Assembly (NCBI GenBank): GCA_002633005.1
Contig: NMRA01000080.1
Span: 835,291-899,290, forward strand
Reading direction: 5' to 3'
Origin: Phoronis australis
Taxonomy: Eukaryota; Animalia; Phoronida
Length of the DNA: 64,000 bases
The notes under the pieces were generated by a model. It did not search any database. It saw only the letters and a program-made list of their open reading frames with translations, and was not told the DNA's origin. Positions 25,101-59,547 of the stretch are shown piece after piece (the stretch's first letter is position 1; each line of letters starts with the position of its first letter). The translations under genes and the position numbers were made by a program.

Positions 25101-27620
25101 TGTTTGTTTGTCGCCATTTTGCAAGAGGACGGAGCTTACGATTGGTCAATTACTTGGTTCCTCAACTTGACATGGTTTTGCTCTCAAGATCTGTGCTGTA
25201 TTCTCTGTTCATAGTTTGTGTTCAGATAGATCACTATAGTAAAGAGACTCTTTGCTTCTTTTCAATTAAGAACTTTGTAAAAGGTGTTTGACAGTAAACC
25301 TATGGCACATGTTCAATTACAGATCAAATGTTTTCCAAATAAGGAGAATTAAATGTTGCATTTTCTAAATATTTTTAATTTCTGGTGGTACGCCAACAAA
25401 ATGACTGCCACGGCTGAACGGCATCGAACACCTCTAGTTATAAATTTCCAGTAGCAATTGAAATACGTACTGGATCTGTTGTGTTGGTGTCACTCTACTT
25501 GTGAACATCTTTATGTGTTCTAAACTGGTGAAAATAAAAGAACGAGTGTCTATGTTGAGGAAGAAAATCAAGAGCCACAAATCTGCTCTTTGTCTTCTGT
25601 AAGACGTGCACGCTTTTAAACAGGGGTTGGAATTTTCCGCGGAAACGCGGATTTCCGCTTTTTTCAAATGTGCTTTCCGCTTTTTTTATAATATTTCCGC
25701 GTAAAAAAATCGGATTTGATATAAAATTTCCGCGGCAAATTCCTTTCTTACCGCGGCGTTGCAGACGACGTTCACCTCGAAAAGCGAAAGTTGCTCTTTA
25801 TGTTTCGGAGGAACGTAAATTGTCAACATTGCCGGGGCATCTGGGACAGCGTGGTGGAAGATTTTCAATGGCGTCTCGTGTTATTGTTAAGCGCGGCGAT
25901 AAATACTACCGCTCTGCAGCCAAAAATGTGTGGGTTGGGAGTGGACGGGCGAGCTGAAAGAACGCAGATGCATGCTACTGATGGTGGTAACGTTTTTTTT
26001 TTTAGTCCACCCGTCTTTTGTCGGGGAAAGGTTCACATCGACCCACCCGTCTTTTGTCGGGGAAAGGTTCACATCGACCATTTCAAGGCTGGTTATCGGG
26101 AGATTTGGGCCGTAAAAGTTTCAAAGTTTCCGTGTTTTTTGTCATTGGTCATTCCAAGCCCTGTTGAAAGTCATTTAGGACCTTATTGCCAAGTCTCTGT
26201 ATTGAGCCAAATATCTACAAACTATAGATAACAACTCTATGAAAATATTTATTTGAAAATAAAGACTTGATTTTTGACTTAATATCAGTCTGGCATTAGT
26301 CGGGTTACTTGACTATGTCTTTTAGCAAACAAATGCAAAAATTGAGGTACATTCATAGGAAGGCAGAGGTATCAGTAATGTGATCAGATTTCGTTTTGTT
26401 GTAAATTCTAAAAATGAAATCTCAAAGACACTGTTGCAGTGTTCTAAATATAACATGACCAACTTTCATTTGACATAAAGGCTCAAAATGAAGTCTTAGA
26501 AATGCTGTTGCAGTTTTGTAAATTAATAATTTCATTTTCCATTTATGCAGTTTTTGAGTTTCTTCGTAAAAGTCCTACTTTTTGATAGCCCCTCATACAA
26601 AAGTGGAATATTTTAAAAACAACTCCAAACAATTTTGGATTACAATGCATAAGGCATGGTATCTGAAAGTTTCTTGTGAATCTGCGGTCAGCCATTTTGG
26701 GACATGATGTTCCGAAATTAGTCAAATTTGTAATTTTGCTTGGATCGTACGTGACTGTTGTGAAGTTGTAAACCACTGAGATTGAATGACCACTGAAGCA
26801 CAAATTTTCTAATGACCAGAAAGGATATTTTTGGTCAAATCAGAACATGATCATGGTAATTTTCGTTATTTGAACATTTTGTGATTTTGTCCAACGTTGG
26901 TCTTAACAAATTTTACTACCGAAAATTAAGTACATTGTAAGTAACTTAAGTACAGTACGAGTATTTAGGAATACACTTATTTAGTATATTAATGTATTCA
27001 TTTTGGAAATGACCCATTTAATATTCTGAGAAGTTTGATTTTATTCAGGTGTAATCTGTTGAATAGGTATTGATAATCAAGAGTGTGACTTTATTTGTGG
27101 GATGACTCGACATGCTAAGTTGAGCAGACTCGGCTTTGATAGCTTTCTCATTTAACTGTGATGACCACCTTTGGTCTCATCAAATCTAACTAAACGAAAC
27201 TAAAAAAAAAAAATTCAACTTGGTGTCTATGTATTCTTTGCTTTACAGGCTCAGTTCAGTGCTGGTGCTGGCAAAAGTAATCTGGAAGTGTTCGAAGAGT
27301 TGAGCTTTTTGCGTACTAACGAATCCTTGCTTTGGGGTGAGCTCATCTGGAATGTCGTCCAAAACGGCATCGTCTCTTTCGTTCGCAAGGCCGAAGGCTT
27401 CCCGGGCTATCTGGTCGTCCTCAACTTCGGCAAGTCAGCCGCTCTCGTCGAGTGTCGGACAGCCGACCCAGACAATGTGACCAAGGTTGGCGAGGTGGTA
27501 GCTACGTCGGCCAACTTTAAACATGACGACTTCAAGCTAAAGGCGAAACTTAACTTGGACAAGTTGGTGCTGGGGCCTGCAGAGGGAGTTGTCTTCAAAC
27601 TGATTGAGGACAAGGCCTAG
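13170..27620 (+). CDS. SLC3A1: SLC3 heavy-chain/rBAT-like GH13 protein, copy 2 (N-terminal exons not in window)
   Basis: GT-AG exons: 13170-13349 (GILERLSYFSKIGVKALWISSIYESPLLDGGQDVSDH..FGTLKDF), 15668-15825, 16938-17063, 21031-21144, 22031-22146, 22980-23175, 23961-24107, 24771-24884, 27249-27620 (TAG). The frame stays open across all exons. The symbol means 'like'. Confidence 0.9.
13574..14139. mobile_element. PIF/Harbinger-like MITE
   Basis: ~41 bp TIR GGGCTGTTCCAGCAAAATCTGTGTGGGAGGGGGGGAAGGCA / TGCCTTCCCCCCCTCCCATACAGATTTTACTGGAACAGCCC, with TTA on both sides. Confidence 0.8.
16095..16595 (+). mobile_element. MITE with CAG termini (hAT-like), copy 1
   Basis: TIR CAGGGCTTGGAAT...ATTCCAAGCCCTG. 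Absent in the paralogous arm, with a second copy at 25621. TSD unclear. Confidence 0.8.
19114..20977 (+). mobile_element. Helentron-associated (HINE/DINE-like) non-autonomous element with internal ~140-150 bp tandem array
   Basis: 5' T-run, subTIR ATGCGCCCAC (19119), short IR GTGGACGCAT (19139) and (GTCC)n. 3' subTIR GTGGGCGCAT (20943), hairpin CAACG..CGTTG and CTCTTGTT. Absent from the paralogous intron. Confidence 0.72.
21348..21642. repeat. Tandem duplication, ~147 bp x2
   Basis: AGAGTCAGAACTGACTTTTTGCACTCACAACACCAAG at ~21348 and ~21495; single copy in the paralogous intron. Confidence 0.85.
25621..26163 (+). mobile_element. MITE with CAG termini (hAT-like), copy 2
   Basis: Same family as 16095-16595 (CAGGGGTTGGAATTTTCCGCGG...ATTCCAAGCCCTG). 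Has an internal 36-bp tandem duplication near 26007-26079 and lies within a larger arm-specific insertion. Confidence 0.8.
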
Positions 27621-30600
27621 GGGGGCAGCACTAGCTGGTGTCATTCTGGCACTGAGCATGCATGTTAACATCAACACTGTGCAATAGAGTCGAAACTTGT
27701 AAAACATTGTGAAAGAATACTGTTGCAACTTTGTGGCTTCTTAGAAATCATTCAGATGGATTATATGTTAGCTAAGAGAAATTTTGTTAAATATAATTTG
27801 GAATCATTTTTTAGTTATTTTCTTTTAGCATGATTGCAGTGTTGAAGTTACGTTAAAAAGGATTGTGTTGTCCGTTAACATCGGTGAAGTGTACTCAAAT
27901 AAAGCAATTTTAAAGGAGTTCTTTTCAATGGGAACATTTGAATTGGTGCACTTTAATTTGGCCTGTTGGTGGCATGCTCTTTTCACACCGGAGATTTGTT
28001 CTTGATAATTGTTGCCTTGGGAAGTTTTTTGTGTAATGAGCACAGGTTTCAAAACGAGTCTGGGTATCAACTACTCTTTTTAGTGTAACAATTATCTGAA
28101 AATTAGTCGGAATTTTTTTTTCTTCGAAAAATTACCAGTTGACAACAAGAAGAAATATTGTCTACCTTCTTTTAAAACTAAAAAATCCATTTCCTACGAT
28201 TTGTGTAGCTCTACAATACAACTTGTGAACATAAATCAATATGAAAATCGCACATTTTATTTTTTTTTTATTTCTGTTTTTGTTGATAAAGGAAGTTATT
28301 ACATCCGAAAATTTCAAATTTCAGTTGATCCATTCTTGTTTTATTTACCGATTTATATTCTTCATTTCATGAAACAATAGTATCCTTGGGAGGATCTGGA
28401 TCGCCTTATTTAGTTTCAGATATATTTTCTACGTATTTTATTTGTTCAATACGAAACATAACAAGCAGATACAGCATTTCTGAGTCCTCAAATATTTAAG
28501 AATCACAATCAACATTGGCCATCAATGACATACAAAGATAATTAGGCGAAGTGGGTCACAAATCTAAATTTGATCTACAACTGACGCACAAGTACAGGAC
28601 CTTGGCATTGTGGCATGCTATAGGTTTTTAAGTTCACTGTACATGGTCAGTGAAGGCAGTGAGTTAACGGACGCAAATCGCAATAAGCTGCACAATTTTG
28701 GACAGATGCCATAAAGTTATCACAACCAGGAAGTCGGGGGCCCATTCCACGAAAACTGACTTGACTAAGACAAATCTGTGCCAAGAAAGTGATTATAAGT
28801 TTGACTTGATATTTGTTGGCTAACTAGTTTCAAAATTTGGAAGTTGAGCAAATCTTATGACTCGTCAAAATCAACTTAAGCCGGTTTCTTGGAACTAGCA
28901 CTTGCAATGCCTCCTCAGGACTGAAATACGTCGCGTGTGACATTTAAAAGACACCAAACTCTGTTTTGATGATTTCAATCAATCCGGTCACCTGTTAATG
29001 CATCATTGGCGTTAATCTTCCAAGTTAAAGGTAGGAATCAACTAAAAATTCATCGACTGAAAACTCGTACTCCCTACGTCACAGATTTGAATTTTTGGTC
29101 CTTGGTGAGTGGTATTTTCTTACAGTTGCCGTGAAAGTCAATAACAGCGTAAGTCACGTTTGCCTGTTTAACAGACATTGAAAGGAGTTTTCAAATTTTC
29201 TTCCAAACTATGGAGGGTTGTCGAGAGTTGCAGAGCATTATTTTGTTTCAGAGAACTGGGGAAAGTCGTTACCGGGTTTGGTATCCCTTTAACTCAAATG
29301 TGGGACAGGAGGCGACATGAGCTCAAAATTATTGTGATTTCAAAACAATTTAAACTTGCACATTATGTATCGAACTGCAATAGTCGGGGATAAAAGCTCC
29401 TTGTGCTCATTAATTTTATTCACCGTAGAGCAACTGAAAGAACTTCAATAATTGTTAGACTAGTATCTACTCAGAGACTAGAATTGGTTCGATATTTTCT
29501 GGCTCGTGATTATTTATAGAACTGGCGTCAAGTAATTCTTAACAAAGATGGCTGGCCTTGCCAACAAGTCACAGGTTGGTTCCTTTTTTCAGTTGGTTTT
29601 TAGGACCTACTTTTAATTCCATGTTGTCGTTTGGGTAATGGTGACACATTTTTAATCTCGCTTCCATATACTGTACTGGGCTGAACTTTGCACGTGTGTG
29701 ACTCGTTGTCCCGATAACACGCCCCAATAAAACACTGGGAAATACAAACGGTGAATATGCCGGCAGTGAAAGGACCCAATGTTCCATTCAAAATTTGAGG
29801 TCCGATAGCTATGGGAGATGGAATTCCACCCACCCTCCCAACACACTGCAAGCTCACGATAATATGTTATCTATGAATTGAAACGTGTAGCAACAAATCG
29901 TTTATGAATCAACCGATTTTCTGCCGGATCCACATCAACTGAAAGCGATTTTTTACGAAACCGACTAAGGAGGGTCCCACCATCGGCGGAGTGATATTTG
30001 TCCAAACCGTAACCTGAAAACTGAATCGGTGACGCTCTTCTCACAGGTAGGGGCTTTCAAACCAAGTCAAACTAAGGCCACGAAAAAGTGCTAGATGTTG
30101 ACGGCGTTGACAAAATCGTTAAAATAGCATAGATACGTCTATGCATGAAAATTCGCTAGAAATGATGCGAGTAATCCTACTAAAAAATAATGATTTTTTT
30201 TAATGAAAAGCATGGTCACGTGATTCTAATACAATTGTCTAAGCATTATTTTCGAGCACTAGTTTCCGTGACGGGATCCGGGAGAGGAGGTACGGGTTTC
30301 CTTCCAAAGCAAAGACAAAAACACTGACCATATCCGGTCAGATTATCTACGCAAGCGGTATTTTCAGAGGACATTATCTTGTAATAATTAATGCAAGGAC
30401 AACAGACCATTTCTTGTTTTGATGAGGAATCTTCATTTTTTCTCTTGCCATTCTCTTGTCTCTACCGAACTATTATTGGTGAAATGTCTGTTAGTAGGCC
30501 AAAGCTGGGTTTGGTAACCTTTCAAACCACGCCCCCAGTAAAAAGAATACTTCCTCAAACTGACCCAGCCAGTGTATCACAAAAGGTTCCCGCCAGTATT

Positions 30601-31826
30601 AAAATACAACAAGCGGGGGATTGAAAGTAAATTGTATTCTCCAGAACAATAGGTGTCACTCTATTAGCAGGCTGAACACCTCAGAATGAAACACAGGAGG
30701 GTCTTCTGGCACAACACACATGGACTGAAGCATGTCGAGTTTATATATTGCATAATTAGACTGGTGCCACTGAACAAGTGTATGTTGAAAGCTGACTAAT
30801 CTAGTTAACCTTAGTAGTTGGAGTTTGGAAAAAGCAAGCTGGCACACCGAAGAACAGTGATATCACAAATAAATAAATAAAAATACCTATAATTCTCAAT
30901 TTAAGGAACATCTGTGAGGATTTTTAACAAGAAACTAAATTCATTAGACTGGGCTTTCCTAATCTCATTACTAACGGCAATTGTCATGCAAGGATATGAG
31001 CAAAGATCTAGAATTCTTAATTGTAACATGCACGGGATACAGTGCCTGGAAGTGCTTTGTACATAAAGAATGAATTACAATCTCAGCATTACCTTCAAGG
31101 TATACTCTCAGACTTCAGGTATTTATGTTGTGAGATGCATCCTACTCACAAACTCACAATCTTGTTACCTATGCTGGCCAATCACAAACAATTTTTAGTC
31201 TGGTCTGCACTCCACCTATTGGCCACATCACGTAACCTAATGAACATGTTTGCCAATATGGGACTAGATGCTGACATCACTACCAAACAAAGGATATTGG
31301 GCCGATCCCAGAATTCTCTACACATAACAAATAAGACAGGCAAATGTCCAACAGCCAATTACAAGCCACTGGAAAACACTGAAGAGTATCTCGGAGCGTC
31401 AAACTAAGTTGGTTGTCTGGGAATGATGTCATGGGATGATTCAATAACATTTTATTTGAAGATGTTCCTAGTCAGCTCCTGCCATGCCCTTAAGTGGTCA
31501 GTATTTCAGAAGTACACCCCCCTACACAATAATTTTTCAGCGTTTAACTTCTGGAGTTTGCCTTTAATGAGGATAAAACGCTCTCAGTGATTCTTGCGAG
31601 GATTCCATTTTGCTCAGCCCCACTGTCTGCACACGGCTCATCACAATTTTGAAAAAATGTCAGTGAACACAGGTAAGGATCACTGATGCAGAGTTTAAAA
31701 GCATACCAAATGTACACTTAAAGTAATGAAGTAATGAACTACATTTCAATACAATGTGATTGACTTTGTTAAAAAAATCCTAGCGAGTATCATCTAAACA
31801 TGATACTCTGTAAGCACAATAATTCA

Positions 31827-54172
<22,346 letters not shown>

Positions 54173-57100
54173 GTTAAAGATGTTACCCTCTTAACCAAGA
54201 GCTTTTTGTTTTTCACATCAGCGATGGAAATTTGGTGGAAGGCTGGGTCTTGCAGAAATGAAAATCGATTTCTGTCATTAGTCACCGGCTACAGTTTCAC
54301 GATGTTGAAAAAGAAAATAATCAAATATGCAAAAATAGTTTAATTATCACAATAAATATTTCATTATATAAATGACATACGAGGCTTACTACGAATCGAT
54401 TTAGATTATAAAACAATATGTTTGAAATAAGATATTATTATTTGCCTGTGTAAAAACTAGGAAGTGGAAATGCTCAGTTAAAATATTACATTCGATAAAA
54501 TTTTTTTTGCAGTTGACAACATTTTGTTAAATCATCGTAGATATACGCTTAAAACGAGAACTGACAAATTCAAAGGAAAATATGTTCACGAAAACAGTGA
54601 ATTTCAATCGTTTTTTAAAATGTTGTTAGTTGATGACACTTTCTCGCAAGACGTCGCTTTGCAACGCTGTACAATGAGCTAACCAATGAGCTATAGTTGT
54701 ATCGGCTGCACTGACGAGTTGGGCGGGAGTTCAGTTGGCACGTTCAGTAACGCTAAGACTCACGCAGTGGAGGATTTAGAGGGGGCCAAAGGGGCCATGC
54801 CTCCCTCAAATTCTCCCACACTCTGTTTAGCAGTTCGGGGGTGCGAATGTCTGACGAGCAAAATCCAGCTAATACTCTCGCCGTGGGCGGCCCCCAATGA
54901 CTGAGTAGTCCGAAACTCCTGGGTCCCGGCCCCCTGCCACGCTTGGACCTAGCTAAAATCTATTCAATTGAAGTCAAGTGTTCTTATTGAAGATACTAGA
55001 ATCGGCAATATCTCACGGAATCTCGTGATGTCTTGCTTTTTAGCGAGGTCCTAGCGCTACTGAACGGGATTGGCAGGACTAGGTTAGGCCCCTATGGTCG
55101 GAGACGAGATGGCAATGAACGAGAAGTTGACTGATCTTTTTTTGAAATTTGGAACTAAAGGAAAAATGCTTTGGCATTTATAAAAATTTAAAATCTCAAA
55201 CCGTACTTTTTGATGAAGTTGGCGACCGTGACATCAGTTTCCATTGCCGGCAGGGACTCACTTGACTCTGATTCTGCTTGATGTTCTATAGTTTAAAAAA
55301 GCAACACAGTTAACAGGTACTATAAGGCTGAGCGCCTCACTTGTATTTTGAAAATCACTTCATTCATGCTCAAACATTTAACAGTGTTCATTAATTATTG
55401 ATGTGCATTGCTGTTGGCGTATTGCCGGGTAGGCTAGGCCTACGTGCAAACTTTACTCCGTCGCTTGTGCCTCCGGGGCCACACTGAACTGCTGTACCAG
55501 CAGGGCCATGATATTGTTGACGGCCCTGGTTAAACACACCGGGAGTATTTTAATTTGAAGCTTTCACTGGGAATGCGATCACCGGGATGTCCTCGATTCT
55601 CGCCCTCATAAGTGGTTTGTCGGCGTGAACCGTGCATCAGTAACTGTCAGTACTTAATCCCGGCACGATGGCGGTGACTTTTTATGTGATTTTCGTACGG
55701 AAGTTGACTTTTTATGGAATTTCTCTGCGGAATGAGGGTGACTTTTTAAATTTTTCTACCGAATCACATTTTTTTCTATAGGTCTCTTCGAAGGTACAGA
55801 TCATGGTTAATTTACAGAAGACACTAGAAAAATATCGACTCTCAGATATCCAAAGAAATGCTATGGTCTTAAAGTCCAATACAGGCATTCCTAATGCTTG
55901 CATGTTTAGTATTCCTAGACAATACAATATTTTGCCTAAACTTAGGGAAATTGCGCAGTTGGATCTTCATTTTCTTTCTTCCACACTTTTAAAGAGGGCA
56001 AACTTGTAGTTGGACATTCAGAAAATGTGTCTCAGAGCTTTTGGCGTTGTGTCGGAAAGCACAAGCCTCTCTCGACCTCGTTGGAAATACGGCCAAATAG
56101 GTGTACAAATAGCGTGAGCTCAGGTATCATCAGGAAATGACTTAGCACGGAAACAGGTGATTATTCAAGGTACACATGAGTCCTGAGACTAAATAACAAC
56201 ATGTGAAAGGAGTGAAATAAGAAATCACAGGTTTCCTGACAACTGAATCGTGTAGTAAATCTAATGTGACTGTCTCTCAATCTGCTCAGGCATAGCCTAG
56301 GACATAGTAAATATAGGTGTCAACCATTTTTGTTCTAACCGTAGCAAACCATGACGAAAACAGTCAAAATATTGTCAAGTGTCAAAATGCATTGCATGTA
56401 CCAAGTTACCTATTTGAGGCTCTTACATCTATCATTATACTGAACTCATTTGGCCCTGTCGAGCAAGGCTGGTGAAATGAGATTATTTCGACAAAAGAGA
56501 TTGCCCGGAAAAGCCGTAAATATTCATTTACGTGTGTAGTAAAAACCAAAGCGAAGGTCTGAAGACTTTGAACATCGGCAAAAAGCGTATTAATTACCGA
56601 AAATACATAGCCTTGGCAATACGCCGTAGCATTACAGAAACGCATTATTACGCAAATATGTTATTCCCGTATTGATTGACATTTATGTAGTAATGAAGAG
56701 TCAAAGACAAAGAATTTTCAACGAATATAGACGCCATTTGTGTATTGAGCACTGCAAAGTTGAATTATACCAAGGGCCTAGACATTTTAGCAGTTTAAAA
56801 ATGAAGCACAGACTATTTATAAACTTTTTCTTCCAATACAATGTTCAAATTCTTCCCTTAGTACATGTAATGTATATGTGCGCCTGCGCTCAAGGAAATC
56901 GACTCGCTGCTGCATGAAATCGGTTAATGCCCAAAACTTTTAAGGCTGACATGAATAATTCATCAGATTTTTAATGAAATTTCATGAATTGTGGACTATC
57001 TAAATGAGATTACAGTGCTTAAAATCACCAAGCTAAATACAAGGTGGGACAGCACAGGTTAGAATCATTCAAAAATACGCATGCTCCTCTGTTTCCTGGA

Positions 57101-58243
57101 TAGAAACTATTTGACCAAATTTATGAAATTTCATCAAAGAAATCAAATTATAGAAAGCGCAGCCATGGGGGACAGCAGTAATCAAATCATCAAAAAATTC
57201 GTGTGACGTCGGCCATTGTCATAACCATAGAAATGTATTTGCAAAAATTAATGAAGACCCTCGATGAGGTTCACGAGCTACAAATGCCGACTGTCCGTTT
57301 TCAAGGGTTGTAAAATACGAGTTGGTGTGTCCTTTCCATTGCCTGTTGCTTGAAAATAATAAAAAGCCCACATTTTTAATTTTTCATTTCCTTAGTCACA
57401 CAGAAAACTGTTAAGGAAATATTGTCTGAAATCATCAGCATCTCGCAAACTGGACTCCGAAGCACCTCAGAAATGGCTTAACATTAAAATAGGCATAATT
57501 TAACGCATTTTGTCGCTCCAATTGAGGTTAAAGGTAGCTGCAAAGATTGTCATACGCCGCGACGAAGGGAAATATGTCCGTGTAAAATTTATAACTTTTC
57601 GAATCATAATTTGTCGCATCTCGGACTGGATGCCGCCATAGCCAACGAGGACCGGAGAATCTTCAGTCGGCTAGCCAGGCTGTGTTTTCATGACTATGAG
57701 TTGGAGCGCGATGCATTTTTCTTTACAAAAAGGACAGGGCCCTCAATCCCTCAATTTTGGGGCCAAATATCGGCCCTATTCCCCTCTCAAAAATATTGAA
57801 AATCCCCTTTGTGATTGAAAATTTCTCTCCAACGATTCAAATCACCTGTGACCACAGAGGTGACAATTTGAAAAATTACAAAATCATAGGCAGATTGAGG
57901 GGGGGGNNNNNNNGACAGATTTCCTGAGCAGAAGGTATACATCCTCGGCGACCGCAACTTCCGGGCCGCCTGCATGCATACAATCGCGCTTTGCCCGCTT
58001 CTGCAAGGATGTCGGGCCTCCCCTTATGGTATCCTAGATCAGCCACTGAAAATGCTACTTGAGACAGAGCTATGAGAGCTTACAACAGGGCGGGGTGCTA
58101 TTGATGGTGATCGGCAGGTCAGTAGATTTTTCACTGACCCGTCACTCGGTGAAACGTTCCCCTCTCAGAAGGCCGCACAGGCACCTTTCCCCTCACCGGA
58201 ATGTGAACGAGACCTCTGAAGAAACATGATAACTATGCTTGTT

Positions 58244-58404
58244 CCAGGGGGGATCCAGGACTTTGAGTTGGGGGGGCAAGGCAGAGTATTAGCCAGGATT
58301 TTGCCCGTCAGAAATTCGCGCTCCTGAACTGCCAAATGGAATTTGGGAGAATTTCAGGGGGGCCTGGGGCATAGCCCCTTGGCTCCCCTATAAATCCGCC
58401 ACTG
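58244..58404. mobile_element. Short degenerate MITE (CAGTGGCGGAT-type end)
   Basis: CAGGGGGGATCC...ATCCGCCACTG. Related ends at ~54765 (CAGTGGAGGATTTAGAGGGGGCCAA) and ~58035-58048. Confidence 0.45.
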
Positions 58405-59518
58405 TGTTCTGTCCAGTTAACTGAAATTGAGCTCTAAAACGAGGTTATGCTTTGGACGAAAGAATTAGGTGTTTGTAATTTTAAAATTCAACTTGGTCGA
58501 GATTGATATTTGTACATGAAATAAACGTAATTATTAAAACCAAGAAAGCAGAATTGATGGTCATATATTTTTTTTTTCTGTTGTGATCCTAGTTTTTATC
58601 GTAATCAAAATATATATTTAATAATATCAAGTATTATTTCAGATCAATGACAAATCAACTGTTAGTCCCGGTAGTGCCTACCTCACCAGGAATTAGGCTA
58701 TGCTTGAAGCTAATAGGCCTACTCTTGATCAGCAAATTAAACCAGATGAGACTAATTGCACATGACAGCAAAATGCTATGAGCCACCACTGTCGAATATA
58801 CCTTCAACTCGTCAATAATACGACCAGATGACCTGGTTCGTGTAGAAAGCATTTTTATCAAGAATTTATTAGAAGAAACGTAACACTGCATGCGTTCACT
58901 TATTACCTAATCCGTAACACTACGATCGCCGCAATTAGGTCATGTTTACTTTTCATGGTTTCGAACCTAGTTTTCCGGAAAAAAGCCTATATCCTTTCGC
59001 CAGACAACTCTTTGGTGCATTGACTTGTTCTTTAATTGTATTTTTCTACGTCTCTGTGGTTAATTATTGACATTTTTTAAGATTTAATATTCAGGTTGGA
59101 CTCCAATTAAGACCGGCCATTTAACTTAGCTTTGTTTATCGCAGTGAGCTTCGCTTTGGATTTTAATGTCCGCCGCGTGAATAGAGTCTATACAGCTATA
59201 CGTGTGCTGTGTTAATGACCGAGGCACACAGAAGCGATCTGACAGGTAAATGAAGCTCAAAGTGAATTCATAAGTCATCACTGAATGGTCTCCCCCACCC
59301 TCCGTCTCCCTGAGACCTTTTGTGTTGGTTTAGCTCCATCGAGCTCATCGAAATGAACCTGTTCGTTTGGTACGCATGCTGGGAACCTAAGTCCATATTT
59401 GGTTTGCGCTCAGCGGGACTTCACAGCACATAACTATATGGTGGGAGTGGCCTAACTGTGTTTGTCAGCACTGCCCATTGATTGCATCTAATAGAACATA
59501 GAGTGCGCCAAGTCTCTT

Positions 59519-59547
59519 GTCACGTGACTTTTGAATTTCCCGCCAAT
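59519..59547. promoter_or_regulatory. Compact promoter-like motif cluster (E-box palindrome, CHR-like, E2F-like, CCAAT)
   Basis: GTCACGTGAC-TTTTGAA-TTTCCCGCC-AAT in 29 bp. Motif match only. Confidence 0.4.

Larger units (their letters stand above)
1253..29884. repeat. Large inverted duplication: left arm ~1253-11515, right arm ~13345-29884
   Basis: Exons, introns and 3' flank are reverse-complement homologous. Examples: 1255 TTTCAATTCACAGATAGCATATTATTGTGAGCTTGCA vs ~29846-29883, and 11490-11515 vs 13345-13375. The length difference is mostly insertions in the right arm. Confidence 0.93.
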
